From: Thermoplasmata archaeon | GTDB lineage: Archaea > Thermoplasmatota > Thermoplasmata > Lutacidiplasmatales > UBA184 | Direction of reading: 5' to 3' | DNA: 64,000 nt | Assembly (NCBI GenBank): GCA_033854115.1 | Contig: JAWOKS010000035.1 | Location: 4,341 to 68,340, forward strand | Part shown: positions 1-9,993 of the stretch, one piece after another | Numbering within the stretch: the stretch's first letter is position 1 | How the letters are laid out: each line of letters starts with the position of its first letter | Program-made: the position numbers and the translations under genes | Notes under the pieces: model-generated | The model's input: only the letters and a program-made list of their open reading frames with translations | Databases searched by the model: none | Told to the model about the DNA's origin: nothing

Positions 1-507
1 GAGGGAGTGAGCCTCGAGCGCCTCCGAGCGATCGGGGGCGCGGAGTTCGACCGGCTGCTCGGCCGCTTCCTGCTCTCCGCGCCGAAGGACCTCGACGAGC
101 AGGGGCGTGCGATCGCGACGGCCTGCTCGCTCGCTCGGGACGGCCGGCGCGACGTCGGCCTCCTCGTCATCGACTCGGCGACGAACTTCTATCGCCTGTC
201 CCTCGCGGGGCCGGACGAGGACACGGCGCGCGAGGCGCTCGCCCTCGAGGTCGCCGACCTGGTCGCGGTGGCCCGGGCGAGGGCGATGCCGGTCCTCCTC
301 ACCAACCAGGTCTGGCGGAGCATGAAGGACGGCACCCTCGAGCCCCTCGGCGGCTCGTTCCTCAACCACGCGGCGAAGACGATCCTTCGCTTCGACCGCC
401 TCGAGGGGGCCCGCCGTCGGGTCGTCCTCGTGAAGCACCGCTCCCGTCCCGAGGGATCGGCCGAGTTCCGGATCACGTCCTCGGGGCTCGAGAGCGTCGG
501 CGGTTGA
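1..507 (+). CDS. radB: RadB-type RecA-superfamily recombinase paralog, C-terminal part (5' end lies outside window)
   Basis: ORF runs in from the window edge. Segments LLVIDSATNFYR, PVLLTNQVW and KHRSRPEGSAEFRITSSG match the archaeal RadB C-terminal core. Confidence 0.75.
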   Translation, partial: EGVSLERLRAIGGAEFDRLLGRFLLSAPKDLDEQGRAIATACSLARDGRRDVGLLVIDSATNFYRLSLAGPDEDTAREALALEVADLVAVARARAMPVLLTNQVWRSMKDGTLEPLGGSFLNHAAKTILRFDRLEGARRRVVLVKHRSRPEGSAEFRITSSGLESVGG

Positions 508-510
508 AAC

Positions 511-520
511 CAAGATAAGG
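511..520 (+). promoter_or_regulatory. TATA-like box for ogt (leaderless geometry)
   Basis: AT-rich caagataagg in a GC-rich background, centred about 27 nt upstream of ATG 543. Confidence 0.5.
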
Positions 521-542
521 TCGCGACCCCCATGCCCGGCCG

Positions 543-1175
543 ATGGCGGGAGCGGTCGAGGTCGCGGACGTCGTCTCCCCGATCGGCCTCTTCCGGATCG
601 CCTACGAGGGCCGGGTGGTGCGGGTCGTCGACCTCCTCGAGCCGGGGGTCGCCCAGACCGGCGCCCCGGCGGGCGCGGTACGGCGCAAGCCGCCGTTCCC
701 AACCGGGAGCCCTCCCCAGCGGCTGAGGGAGTACTTCCGGGACGGCCGGTGCCCGCTCGACCTCGAGGTCGCCCCCGAGACCGGCTCCGCGTTCGACCGC
801 GCGGTCTGGACGACGCTCTGCGAGGTCCCGGCCGGGCGGACCGTGACGTACGGCGAGCTCGCGCGCCGCGCCGGCTACCCCGGGGCGGCCCGGGCCGTGG
901 GAGGGGCGATGGCCCGCAACCCGATCCCGATCATCATCCCCTGCCACCGGGTCATCGGTACCGGCGGGTCCCTGCAGGGCTACGGCATGGGGCTCTGGAG
1001 GAAGCGCTGGCTCCTCGACCACGAGGGAGCCTGGCCGCTCCGTTCGCGCTCGGCCGAGGGCCCACGTCCCGGCGGCCAGCGCACGCTCGACGCGGTCGAG
1101 CCCGGCGCGACCGCCCCTCGGGCCGCGCGGCGAGCGCGCGGGGGGACGGTCCCGGCCGCCGAAGCTACGACGTGA
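543..1175 (+). CDS. ogt: Methylated-DNA-protein-cysteine methyltransferase (O6-alkylguanine alkyltransferase)
   Basis: Active-site motif IIIPCHRVIGTGGSLQGYG. Has a low-complexity Ala/Arg C-terminal tail. Confidence 0.85.
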   Translation: MAGAVEVADVVSPIGLFRIAYEGRVVRVVDLLEPGVAQTGAPAGAVRRKPPFPTGSPPQRLREYFRDGRCPLDLEVAPETGSAFDRAVWTTLCEVPAGRTVTYGELARRAGYPGAARAVGGAMARNPIPIIIPCHRVIGTGGSLQGYGMGLWRKRWLLDHEGAWPLRSRSAEGPRPGGQRTLDAVEPGATAPRAARRARGGTVPAAEATT

Positions 1176-1225
1176 CGTCGTAGGTGCGGGGGCCGCGGTC
1201 CGCGGGCCGCGTTCGCGGGAGGCTA

Positions 1226-3427
1226 CTACCCGGCGTAGTAGCTCGCGTCGTACGGTTCGGGTTTGAGCCCGCGCCGCTGGCGGACCTCGGCGACGACCTT
1301 CGGCTGGAGGTCCGGCGGGACCGGCTCGAAGCCCATCGACTCGGTGGACCAGAGGACCTTCCCGGCCGTCGCGCTGCGGATGTCGGAGGCGAAGCCGAAC
1401 AGCTCGGCGACCGGCACCTTCGCGACGACCGTCTGGAGGTCGCCGACGCTCGTCATGTCGAGGATCTCGCCCCGGCGCCTCTGGAGCTCCCGGGTCGCGC
1501 CCGCGAGCACATCCTGCGGGACGTTCACCGTGACCTTCTGGAACGGCTCGAGGAGGAGACGGTCCCCGAGGCACATCGCCCCGTACATCCCCGAGCGCGC
1601 GGCCGGGATCGTCTGGGCCGGTCCGCGGTGGATCGAGTCCTCGTGGAGCTTCGCGTCGACGAGCCTCACCTTGAGGCCGTAGACCTTCTCGTTCGCGAGC
1701 GGGCCGCGGTTCATCGCCTCCTTGAAGGCGTCGACGATGAGGTCCATCGTCTCGTTGAGGTACTGGATCCCCTTCGTCACGTCGAACAGGATGTTCGTCC
1801 CCTCGACGGCGACCAGGCCCCGGCCCTCGTCGCGCGAGATGCCGAGCGCCTCGAGCTTCGTAACGAGGGTTTTCGTGTCCTTGAACGATTTCCCCTGCGG
1901 GATCTCGCCCTCCTTGATCGCCTGGACGACGGGCGCGGGGAGCGCCTCGACCTCGAAGTAGAAGCGGTTGTGCTTGTTCGGCGACTTCCCCTCGAACGGT
2001 CCGCCGGGATGCTTCACGACCTCCCGGTAGACGACGATCGGCTTCGACGCCTCGATCTCGACCTTGTAGTCGTGGACGATCCGGTACTGCGTGATCTCGA
2101 GGTGGAGCTCGCCCATCCCGCTCAGGAGGTGCTCGCCCGTCTCGGGGTTGATCTCGACCCGGAGGCTCGCGTCCTCCTTCGCGACCTTCCGCATCACCTC
2201 GATGAGCTTCGGGAGGTCGGCCATCCGCTTCGGCTCGATCGCGACCGTCACGACCGGCTCGGAGACGTGGCGGATCTCCTCGAACGGCACCATCTCGGGG
2301 GCCGTCGAGGTCGTCGTGCCCGCGAACGCGTCCGTGAGGCCGATCACCGCGGCGATGTTCCCCGCGGGGACGTCGTCGACCATGAGCCGCTCGGGGCCCA
2401 TGAAGAGCGAGACGTGCTGGACCCGGTTCTTCAGCTTCGTCCCGACGACCTGGAGCTCCATCCCCTTCTGGAGGTGACCGGAGAAGACGCGCCCCGTCGC
2501 GATCTCGCCCGCGCTCGGGTCCATCGTGATGTCGGTGACCATGAACGAGGTCGGCCCGCCCGGGTCGGTGTTGACCATCGCCTGGCCGACGGACGAGCCG
2601 ATCTCGCCCTTCCAGATGTTGGGGATCCGGTACTTCTGCGCCGTGCGGGGGCTCGGCAGGTGGCGGACGACCATGTCGAACACCACGTCGTTGATCTTCG
2701 CGCGTTGGGCGATCTCCTTCGAGCGGCCCGTGGAGACGAAGTCGATGATGTCCGGGAACTTCACGCCCGTGCGTTGCATGTACGGCACGCTGATCGCCCA
2801 GTTCTCGTAGCCGGAGCCGAAGGCGACCGAGCCGTCGCGCGGGTCGGCCGACCACTCGTCGACGAACTCCTCGGGCGCCATGCGCCGGATGAGCTCGTTC
2901 ACCTCGCCGATGATCGTCGTGAACCGCTTCTGGAGCGAGTCCGGGGTGAGCTGGAGCTCCTTGATCGCGCGGTCGACCTTGTTGATGAAGAGGACCGGCT
3001 TCACCTTCTCGCGGAGCGCCTGGCGGAGCACGGTCTCGGTCTGGGCCATCACGCCCTCGACGGCGCAGACGACGACGATCGCCCCGTCGACCGCGCGCAT
3101 CGCGCGCGTGACGTCCCCGCCAAAGTCGACGTGGCCCGGGGTGTCGATGAGGTTGATCAGGTACTGCTCGCGCTCGAACTCGTGGACGATCGTGACGTCC
3201 GCGTTGTTGATCGTGAGGAGGCGCGCCTGCTCCTGCTCGTCGAAGTTGAGGTAGAGCTGCTTGCCCGCAAGCTCGTCCGAGATCATCCCCGCGGCGGCCA
3301 GGAGGTTGTCGGAGAGCGTCGTCTTCCCGTGGTGGATGTGCGCGACGATCCCGATGTTCCGGATCCTCTCGGGCTGCCGCATCATCTCCGGAATAGCCTT
3401 CGCCAGCTCGCTACGGATGTGGGTCAT
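1226..3427 (-). CDS. fusA: Translation elongation factor 2 (aEF-2)
   Basis: 733 aa. G-domain NIGIVAHIHHGKTTLSD, DTPGHVDF, and the diphthamide-region HEDSIHRGPAQ. Confidence 0.97.
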   Translation of the reverse strand: MTHIRSELAKAIPEMMRQPERIRNIGIVAHIHHGKTTLSDNLLAAAGMISDELAGKQLYLNFDEQEQARLLTINNADVTIVHEFEREQYLINLIDTPGHVDFGGDVTRAMRAVDGAIVVVCAVEGVMAQTETVLRQALREKVKPVLFINKVDRAIKELQLTPDSLQKRFTTIIGEVNELIRRMAPEEFVDEWSADPRDGSVAFGSGYENWAISVPYMQRTGVKFPDIIDFVSTGRSKEIAQRAKINDVVFDMVVRHLPSPRTAQKYRIPNIWKGEIGSSVGQAMVNTDPGGPTSFMVTDITMDPSAGEIATGRVFSGHLQKGMELQVVGTKLKNRVQHVSLFMGPERLMVDDVPAGNIAAVIGLTDAFAGTTTSTAPEMVPFEEIRHVSEPVVTVAIEPKRMADLPKLIEVMRKVAKEDASLRVEINPETGEHLLSGMGELHLEITQYRIVHDYKVEIEASKPIVVYREVVKHPGGPFEGKSPNKHNRFYFEVEALPAPVVQAIKEGEIPQGKSFKDTKTLVTKLEALGISRDEGRGLVAVEGTNILFDVTKGIQYLNETMDLIVDAFKEAMNRGPLANEKVYGLKVRLVDAKLHEDSIHRGPAQTIPAARSGMYGAMCLGDRLLLEPFQKVTVNVPQDVLAGATRELQRRRGEILDMTSVGDLQTVVAKVPVAELFGFASDIRSATAGKVLWSTESMGFEPVPPDLQPKVVAEVRQRRGLKPEPYDASYYAG

Positions 3428-3445
3428 GGCTCCTCCGACCTCGCG

Positions 3446-4108
3446 CTAGCGCGCCGACTGGGCGACGCGTTCAACCTCTTCCTTCCGCCCGACCGAGAAC
3501 GCGGTCAGGTCGCCCTTCGCGGCGAGGCGGATCTCGTCGGCGAGGCACGACTCGATCGGCTTCGTCGACTTGTGGGACGCTTGGATCGCGCCGAGCGCGA
3601 GGTGGCGGACCGCGACGTTGAGACGGCGGGCCGGCGACGCGTCGACCGCCCGCGGCACGGAGATCCCCCCGAACTGCAGGCGCGTCACCTCCTCCCGCGG
3701 CGCGGCGTTCTCGACCGCGTCGACGAGGACCTGGAGCGGGTTCTTCCCCTCCTTCGCGGCGATCTCGTCGAACGCCCGGCGGACGGTCGCGAGCGCCTTC
3801 TGCTTCTTCCCGGTGAAGTTGCCGCCCTTCATGAGGTGGTTCGCGAGGCGCTCCACGAGGTGCATTCGGCTCTTGAGGAACGGACGGCCCGCGAGACGGC
3901 CCTCGGTGTGGGGGGCGTAGACCGGGTGCAGGTAGAGGTAGGGCAGCAGCCCCGGGTCGTGCACCTCGACCCCTTCGAACGGGTACTTCCCGAACAGCGG
4001 TGGGATCGCGAACGGAGGGGGCGGGGGAGGCTGCGGTCGCTGGACGACCGGGCCGGCCTCCTCGGCGGGGGCCTCCGCGGTGGGGACGGGGGTCGGGTCG
4101 CCGCTCAT
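3446..4108 (-). CDS. rps7: 30S ribosomal protein S7 with Pro-rich N-terminal extension
   Basis: Conserved S7 core ([33 protein letters not shown]). ATGA overlap with the rps12 stop. Confidence 0.95.
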   Translation of the reverse strand: MSGDPTPVPTAEAPAEEAGPVVQRPQPPPPPPFAIPPLFGKYPFEGVEVHDPGLLPYLYLHPVYAPHTEGRLAGRPFLKSRMHLVERLANHLMKGGNFTGKKQKALATVRRAFDEIAAKEGKNPLQVLVDAVENAAPREEVTRLQFGGISVPRAVDASPARRLNVAVRHLALGAIQASHKSTKPIESCLADEIRLAAKGDLTAFSVGRKEEVERVAQSAR

Positions 4109-4539
4109 CGGGCCGGCTTCTCCTTGCGTCCCCGCACGAGCTCGTCGAGCGAGACGCCGTTCACCTGGATCACCTTGTACCGGACGCCCGGGATGTCGCC
4201 GTAGGACCGCCCCATGCGCCCTCCGATGCCCTCGACCAGTACCTCGTCGTGCTCATCGATGAAGTTGATGGCCCCGTCGCCGACCGCGAACGCGGTGACC
4301 TGGCGGCCGTTCTTGATGAGCTGGACCTTGATGCACTTGCGGATCGCCGAGTTCGGCTGCTTCGCCTCGACGCCGACCTTCTCGATGACGATCCCGCGCG
4401 CCTGCGGGGCCCCCTCGAGGGGGTCGGAGCGCTCCTTGAGGTGGAGGGTCCGGCGCTTGTAGTACCGGTCCGACCAGCGTCGCCGCTGGCGGAGTCGGGC
4501 GAGACGCCCGGCAGTGTTGAGCCCGGACGGCGGCGGCAT
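4105..4539 (-). CDS. rps12: 30S ribosomal protein S12
   Basis: The conserved S12 sequence ([27 protein letters not shown]) starts at internal ATG 4539 of track ORF 4105-4809. The upstream part of that ORF is Arg-rich junk. Confidence 0.95.
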   Translation of the reverse strand: MPPPSGLNTAGRLARLRQRRRWSDRYYKRRTLHLKERSDPLEGAPQARGIVIEKVGVEAKQPNSAIRKCIKVQLIKNGRQVTAFAVGDGAINFIDEHDEVLVEGIGGRMGRSYGDIPGVRYKVIQVNGVSLDELVRGRKEKPAR

Positions 4540-4570
4540 CACCAGGGAGGGGCCGAGCCACGGGAGCCTC

Positions 4571-4580
4571 GTATTTAAAG
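4571..4580. promoter_or_regulatory. TATA box in the rps12 / udg divergent intergenic region
   Basis: gtatttaaag is the only AT-rich stretch between ATG 4539 (minus strand) and the udg start. It could serve either or both directions. Confidence 0.5.
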
Positions 4581-4640
4581 TCCGTGCCGGCTCGGCGCTC
4601 ACCGGTGGAGGCGAGGGCCGCGCACCGGTCAAAAGGGGGC

Positions 4641-5261
4641 ATGAAGAGCGGAGGCCGCGGGACCCGGCGCCTTCCGGCGCCCACCGGTCCCTTCGCGCGA
4701 CGCCGTGCCGAGTTCGAGCGCGTTGCGAGAGCGATCCGCGCCTGCCGGCTCTGTCCGCTCGGCGCGAGCCGGACTCACGCCGTGGTCTACCGCGGGTCCC
4801 TCGAGCCACGGGTCGTCTTCGTCGGCGAAGCTCCCGGCGCCGAGGAGGACCGCGCCGGCGTGCCGTTCGTCGGCCGGGCCGGCCGGCTCCTCGACGCGGC
4901 GATCGCCCAGCTCGGGGACGGGCTGGGCTCGTTCGGCGTCCTCAACGTCCTCAAGTGCCGGCCGCCGGGGAACCGGTTCGACGTGCGCGCGGCGAGGGTC
5001 TGCCGGCCTTACCTCGCCCGCCAGCTCGCCCTGCTCGGCCCCCGGCTCCTCGTCCCGCTCGGCGCCCGCGCGCTCCGCGAGCTCGACCCGGCCGCGCCCC
5101 CCCTGCTCAAGGCCGCGGGGATCCCTCGCCGGGATCCCGAGGGGCGCTGGGTCTTTCCGCTCGTCCACCCCGCCGCGAGCTTCCGCTCCCGGCGCCTCAA
5201 GGAGCGGTGGGAGCACGACGTGGCCGCGCTCGGCCGTTGGCTGCGTCGCTCGGCCCCGTAA
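4641..5261 (+). CDS. udg: Uracil-DNA glycosylase, family 4
   Basis: CRLCPL..., [31 protein letters not shown] motifs. Start is uncertain: ATG 4641 is preferred over GTG 4584, which sits only 4 nt after the TATA box. Confidence 0.8.
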   Translation: MKSGGRGTRRLPAPTGPFARRRAEFERVARAIRACRLCPLGASRTHAVVYRGSLEPRVVFVGEAPGAEEDRAGVPFVGRAGRLLDAAIAQLGDGLGSFGVLNVLKCRPPGNRFDVRAARVCRPYLARQLALLGPRLLVPLGARALRELDPAAPPLLKAAGIPRRDPEGRWVFPLVHPAASFRSRRLKERWEHDVAALGRWLRRSAP

Positions 5262-5263
5262 GT

Positions 5264-5273
5264 TGTTTATCGC
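5264..5273 (+). promoter_or_regulatory. TATA-like box for polB (leaderless geometry)
   Basis: ttgtttatcg centred about 26 nt upstream of GTG 5294. Confidence 0.5.
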
Positions 5274-5293
5274 GTGTCCGGCTCCTTGCGCCC

Positions 5294-7765
5294 GTGCGCT
5301 CGATCGAACTGTTCCTCCTAGAAGGTTCGTACCAGGCGCTCGAGGACGGGGTCGTCCTCGAGCTGTTCGGCCGCACGCGGGAGGGCCGGGCGATCGTCGC
5401 TCGGTACTACGGCTTCCGGCCGTACTTCGTCCTCGTCGAGCCGACGGAGGAGGAGATCGCGCGGCTCCGGGCCGATCCCGAGATCCTCGCGGTCGACCCG
5501 AACCCCGTCTTCTACGGCGGACGGGACCGCACCGCGGTCCGGGTCACGCTCCATCGACCGTGGCTCGTGCCGCAGTACCGGGACGCCTACCGCGGCTCGG
5601 GGCCGGAGGCCCGGGTCCTCTCCTGCGACATCCCGTTCGTCCACCGCTTCCTCTACGACAAGCATCTCGGCCTCTGCGTCGGGTTCGACGCCGAGGACGA
5701 ACCCGCGGAGATCCGCGCGCGGTACACGGTCCCCGAGGTGGTCCGCGTCGTCACGGAGAGGGGCCGCGACATCCACGCCGCCGAGCCGTTCCGGCCCTCC
5801 CTGCGCGTCCTCGCCTTCGACATCGAGAACGCGATCCGGGAGCGGACGATCTTCACCATCTGCGGGGTCGCGGAAGGGGGCGGCCAGCCCCGGCGGACGT
5901 TCCGCCTGCATGGACCGGACGAGCGCGCGATCCTCGGGGAGTTCGCCCGGGTCATCGCCGAGGACGACCCGGACGTGATCACCGGCTACAACATCGGCGG
6001 CTACGACCTCCCACTCCTCGCCGAGCGCGCAAAGCATCTCCGGCTCGAGACGCTCACCCTCGGCCGCGAGCGGAGCGAACCGCGCGAGATGGGCGAGCGG
6101 CTCTGGCGGGTCACCGGGCGCGTCATCGCGGACGCCTGGTGGTCGGCCCGCCGGGAGCTCCGCCCGAAGCAGGAGACCCTTCAGTTCGTCGCGCGGACGC
6201 TCCTCGGCGACTCGAAGCTCGACGTCGACCGGCGCAACATCTCGGAGGAATGGCGGCGCGACCCCGAGCGCGTCATGGAGTACTGTGAGCACGACGCGGA
6301 CCTCGCCCGCCGCATCCTCGAGCGGCTCCGGGTCCTGGAGAAGGCCGCCGACCTCGCGACCGTCGCGCACCTGCCGCTCGAGGAAGGGCTCAACGGCCGC
6401 ACCTCCCAGTTCATCGACGCGATGCTGATCCCCCGCGCGGACGCCCTCGGGGTCGGCGTCCCCCCGAACCATCCCCGCTCGAGCGAGAGCGCGATCGAGG
6501 GCGGGTACGTCCACAGCATCCGCCCGGGGCTCTACCGCTGGGTCGTCGTCCTCGACTTCAAGTCGATGTACCCGTCGATCATCATCGCGCGCAACCTCTG
6601 CTTCACGACGCTCTCGCCCGAGGGGCCGACGAAGGCGCCCGGGGGCGCGCGCTTCGTCGCCCCCGAGACCCGACGCGGGATCATCCCGGGGATCCTCACC
6701 GAGCTGCTCGCCGACCGGGACCGGTTCCGCCAGCAGGCGCGCGCCGCCACGGACCCGACGGTCGCCGCCTACTACGACGGGCTCCAGAACGCGGTGAAGG
6801 TCCTGATGAACTCGTTCTACGGGGTCCTCGCGTCGAGCTTCTACCGGTTCACGAACAAGGAGATCGGCGCGTCGATCACGGCGTTCGCCCGCGAGGCGAT
6901 CACGTCGATCATCCGCGAGCTCGAGGAGAGCGGGAACGAGGTGATCTACTCCGACACCGACTCGGTCTTCGTCCGTTCCCCGGTCGCCTCGCTCGAGGGC
7001 TCGCGCGAGTTCGGCACGGCGGTCGCGCGCCGGTTCTCCCACGCCGGCGAGACGTTCGAGTTCCAGAGCGTCTACGAGACGTTCTTCTCGCACGGCGCGA
7101 AGAAGCGCTACGTGGGGCGGGCTGTCTGGCCCCGCGAGGAGCGCGTCGTCCGGGGCTACGAGACCCGCCGGAGCGACGCGTTCGACTACCAGTCGGACGC
7201 CCTCCTCGAGGTCTTCGACCTCGTCCTCAAGGGGGAGACGGACGCGGCGGTGCGCCGGGCCCGGGAGCTGGTGCTCGCGGTGCGCCGCCACGAGGTCCCC
7301 CCCGAGCGGCTCGTCATCGCCCGGTCCGTGCGGGCCGAGAGCGAGTACAACGCCTCGACCCGCGACGCGCTCCCGTTCCTACGCATCTACCGCCAGTTGC
7401 GGAAGGAGGGGTACGAGGTCGTCCCCGGCATGCGGGTCGCCTGGATCGTGACCGATTCCCGCAAGAGCCCCCAGGAGGTCGAGCCGTGGATCGAGGGCCG
7501 ACCGCTCTCGAAGCCGCCCGACTGGGAGTACTACGCCGAGCGCGTCGCGCAGACGCTCGCCCGGGTGACCGAGGTCTTCAGCTGGGACTCGGCATCGCTC
7601 CTAAGGGGGAGCCACCAGCAGCGGCTCGGCGCGGAGGACGACCCGCCGAGCGGGGAGACCCCGCCCGCCGAAGGTCCGCCGGCGACGCTCGAGAGCTCGA
7701 TCGCCGAGCTCGAGCCCCCCGCCCGCCGTCGGGCGAACACCCGCAGCCTCGCGGACTGGCAGTAG
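5294..7765 (+). CDS. polB: DNA polymerase, family B
   Basis: Exo I FDIEN, LDFKSMYPSII, KVLMNSFYG, YSDTDSVFV. The polymerase-like sequence begins at GTG 5294 (VRSIELFLLEGSY). The earlier part of track ORF 4514-7765 overlaps udg in another frame. Confidence 0.93.
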   Translation: MRSIELFLLEGSYQALEDGVVLELFGRTREGRAIVARYYGFRPYFVLVEPTEEEIARLRADPEILAVDPNPVFYGGRDRTAVRVTLHRPWLVPQYRDAYRGSGPEARVLSCDIPFVHRFLYDKHLGLCVGFDAEDEPAEIRARYTVPEVVRVVTERGRDIHAAEPFRPSLRVLAFDIENAIRERTIFTICGVAEGGGQPRRTFRLHGPDERAILGEFARVIAEDDPDVITGYNIGGYDLPLLAERAKHLRLETLTLGRERSEPREMGERLWRVTGRVIADAWWSARRELRPKQETLQFVARTLLGDSKLDVDRRNISEEWRRDPERVMEYCEHDADLARRILERLRVLEKAADLATVAHLPLEEGLNGRTSQFIDAMLIPRADALGVGVPPNHPRSSESAIEGGYVHSIRPGLYRWVVVLDFKSMYPSIIIARNLCFTTLSPEGPTKAPGGARFVAPETRRGIIPGILTELLADRDRFRQQARAATDPTVAAYYDGLQNAVKVLMNSFYGVLASSFYRFTNKEIGASITAFAREAITSIIRELEESGNEVIYSDTDSVFVRSPVASLEGSREFGTAVARRFSHAGETFEFQSVYETFFSHGAKKRYVGRAVWPREERVVRGYETRRSDAFDYQSDALLEVFDLVLKGETDAAVRRARELVLAVRRHEVPPERLVIARSVRAESEYNASTRDALPFLRIYRQLRKEGYEVVPGMRVAWIVTDSRKSPQEVEPWIEGRPLSKPPDWEYYAERVAQTLARVTEVFSWDSASLLRGSHQQRLGAEDDPPSGETPPAEGPPATLESSIAELEPPARRRANTRSLADWQ

Positions 7766-7873
7766 GGCGGACGCGCGCCGCGCCGGAGGCGGGCCACCGC
7801 GCCGCTTCGGGCCGGGGGGGTCGTTCGATCTCCCTATCCCGAGAGGACATCGAAGGACCTCGAGAGAACGGCC

Positions 7874-8782
7874 CTAGCGGGCCCCCGCGCGCAACGCGAC
7901 CAGTCCGCCGACGACCGCGATCGGGACCCCGAGGAGACCGAGGAAAGGCGGAGCGATCCCGAGGACACCGGCGGAGAGGAGGAGCGTGAAGACCGGGATC
8001 CCGGTCATCATCATCGGTGGAACGACGAGTCCGGCCTGCTCGATCGCGCGGAAGTAGAGGGCCGGCGCGAGGAAGAAGCTCACGACGCCGTTGACCGCGA
8101 GGAGCGCGAGCGGCCCGGGCCCGATCGTGACGAGCGCCAGGACGCCTCCCGGAACCAGGGGCGCAAGGGCCGCCGAGGCGAGCGCGGCCACGAGCATCGA
8201 CTGGGCGACCACGGCCGAGAGCGGGACGTCTCCGCCGGCCCGCGCGGAGAGTACGAAGAAGAACGCGACCGAGATCGGCACCGCGATGACCGCGACCCAG
8301 CCGAGCAGCGGGACCGTCTCGACGGTCCGACCCCCCGCGATCGCCAGGGTCCCGCCGCCGAGGCTGAGCGCGAGGCCCGCGACGAACGCCCACGAGCCGA
8401 GCTGGGGTCGGGCCTCCACGACCATCCAGGCCACAAGGAGCGGGGTCGCGACCACGTCCCCGAGCAAGGAGAGGAGCGCGGCGTCGACCGGGCCGGTGAG
8501 CAGGGTCGCAGCGAGGACCGACGTTTGCATCGCGAGGAGCAGCCCGATGCGGAGGTAGGCCGCCGGCCGCCGGAAGAGCGTTACGAGGGCCCGGCCGTGG
8601 CCGTGCCGGACGGCCCAGGCGGCGTAGGCGACCCCCCCGAAGGCGAACGGGTAGGTGAGGATCGCCGAGGCCCCGGTGCCCGGGGTGACCTTGAGGACGA
8701 ACAGGTAGTACGTCGACCAGAGGAACGCCGCGATGACCGAGAGCACGGCGGCGAAGGTAAGCGTCCTGAGGTCGGGCCGCAC
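7874..8782 (-). CDS. EamA/DMT-family permease (about 10 TM)
   Basis: 302 aa, hydrophobic throughout with a duplicated 5-TM pattern. GTG start. Confidence 0.65.
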   Translation of the reverse strand: MRPDLRTLTFAAVLSVIAAFLWSTYYLFVLKVTPGTGASAILTYPFAFGGVAYAAWAVRHGHGRALVTLFRRPAAYLRIGLLLAMQTSVLAATLLTGPVDAALLSLLGDVVATPLLVAWMVVEARPQLGSWAFVAGLALSLGGGTLAIAGGRTVETVPLLGWVAVIAVPISVAFFFVLSARAGGDVPLSAVVAQSMLVAALASAALAPLVPGGVLALVTIGPGPLALLAVNGVVSFFLAPALYFRAIEQAGLVVPPMMMTGIPVFTLLLSAGVLGIAPPFLGLLGVPIAVVGGLVALRAGAR

Positions 8783-8848
8783 GGGAGGGCCGCGCTCCGA
8801 GAACCCTAACCGTTTGCGCGTCCCGACGCGGGGCCCCGGCGGGGCGCC

Positions 8849-9910
8849 TCAGAGGTAGCTTGGGTACTCGAGCCCGAGCTCCGGCATCACCACGCCGCGT
8901 CCGCTCTCCACGCGCCCGATCACCCGCGCGTCGGGCGCGCCCGCGGAAGCGAGCGCCGGGAGGAGCGTGCGGAGCGCCGAAGGGCGGACGACCAGGACGA
9001 AGCCGATCCCCGCGTTGAACGTCTGGTACATCTCCCGATCGGCGAGGCTGCCGAGCTGCTGGAGCCAGGCGAAGAGGGGCGGGAGCGGCGGCCAGGCGTC
9101 GAGGACGAACCGCACGCGAGGCTGGAGGCGGGTGAGGTTCCGGACCCCGCCGCCACTTAGGTGCGCGAGGCCCACGACGTCCGGCCGGTCCGCGACCGCA
9201 TCCGCGACCCCGCTGTAGGTCCGCGTCGGTCGGAGGAGCTCCACGCCGATGGCCTCCCGGGCGCCCGGACGCGGGCGACCGAGGCGGACGGCGTGCTCCG
9301 CGAGCAGGCGGCGGACGAGGGTGAAGCCGTTCGCATGCACCCCGGAGGACGGGAGGCCGACGAGGCGGTCCCCGGCGCGGATCGACTTCCCGAGCACCGG
9401 GGCGCGTCCGGCGGGGAAGAAGCCCACGGCGGTCGCCCCGAGGTCGATCCCGCGCACGATCTCGCCGACCATCGCCGTCTCTCCGCCGAGGAGCGCGCAG
9501 CGCGCGGCCGCGAGCCCCCGCCGGAGGCCCCGGCCGATCGCCCGGAAGACGGCCGGGTCGGCCGCGCCACAGAGGATGGTGTCGACGAGCGCGGTCGGGC
9601 GCGCCCCGACCGCGGCGAGGTCGTTCACGTTGATCGCCACCGTGTCCTCTCCGACCTCCTCCCAGCGGCCCAGCTCCTCGGCGAGGAGGACCTTCGTGCC
9701 CACGGTGTCCGTCGTGACCGCGAGCGTCTCGCGACCGACCCGCACGAGGCCGGCGTAGTGGCCGGGCGCGGACAAGGGACGCCCGTGGGAAGGAGGAGGG
9801 CGGTACCGGCTCGCCCGGAGGAACTCGCGGAGCGCCCTCGAGCGGCCCCGGAGGTCGACCCCGCTCTCGGCGTAGGTGCGGGTCCGGCCCCGCGGTGCCC
9901 GTGCGGCCAC
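8849..9910 (-). CDS. purM: Phosphoribosylformylglycinamidine cyclo-ligase (AIR synthetase)
   Basis: TYAESGVD, TTDTVGTKVLLAEE, VNDLAAVGARP. Start set at in-frame GTG 9910. The track start at 10000 would overlap the pyrC promoter and start. Confidence 0.88.
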   Translation of the reverse strand: MAARAPRGRTRTYAESGVDLRGRSRALREFLRASRYRPPPSHGRPLSAPGHYAGLVRVGRETLAVTTDTVGTKVLLAEELGRWEEVGEDTVAINVNDLAAVGARPTALVDTILCGAADPAVFRAIGRGLRRGLAAARCALLGGETAMVGEIVRGIDLGATAVGFFPAGRAPVLGKSIRAGDRLVGLPSSGVHANGFTLVRRLLAEHAVRLGRPRPGAREAIGVELLRPTRTYSGVADAVADRPDVVGLAHLSGGGVRNLTRLQPRVRFVLDAWPPLPPLFAWLQQLGSLADREMYQTFNAGIGFVLVVRPSALRTLLPALASAGAPDARVIGRVESGRGVVMPELGLEYPSYL

Positions 9911-9962
9911 GGGCCGACGAGCCGACCCGAGAGAAAACCCCTTCCCGCCCGCCCCCGCCGCC

Positions 9963-9970
9963 TTCTTTAC
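9963..9970 (+). promoter_or_regulatory. TATA-like box for pyrC (leaderless geometry)
   Basis: ttctttac centred about 27 nt upstream of ATG 9994. Confidence 0.45.
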
Positions 9971-9993
9971 GATGGTCCGCGGTGCGGCCCGCG

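Noticed and set aside
189-4204. Very long ORFs (189-2855 minus, 888 aa; 1184-4204 plus, 1006 aa) overlapping ogt, fusA and rps7.
   Set aside because: Their composition is dominated by Arg/Gly/Pro/Asp/Glu runs with no motifs. They lie antisense or out of frame to unmistakable aEF-2 and S7 genes, which is a typical high-GC artefact.
4514-5293. A 260-aa N-terminal extension of the PolB ORF, as given in the track.
   Set aside because: It overlaps the well-supported udg gene in another frame and is Arg/Pro low complexity. Polymerase homology and the TATA spacing both point to GTG 5294.
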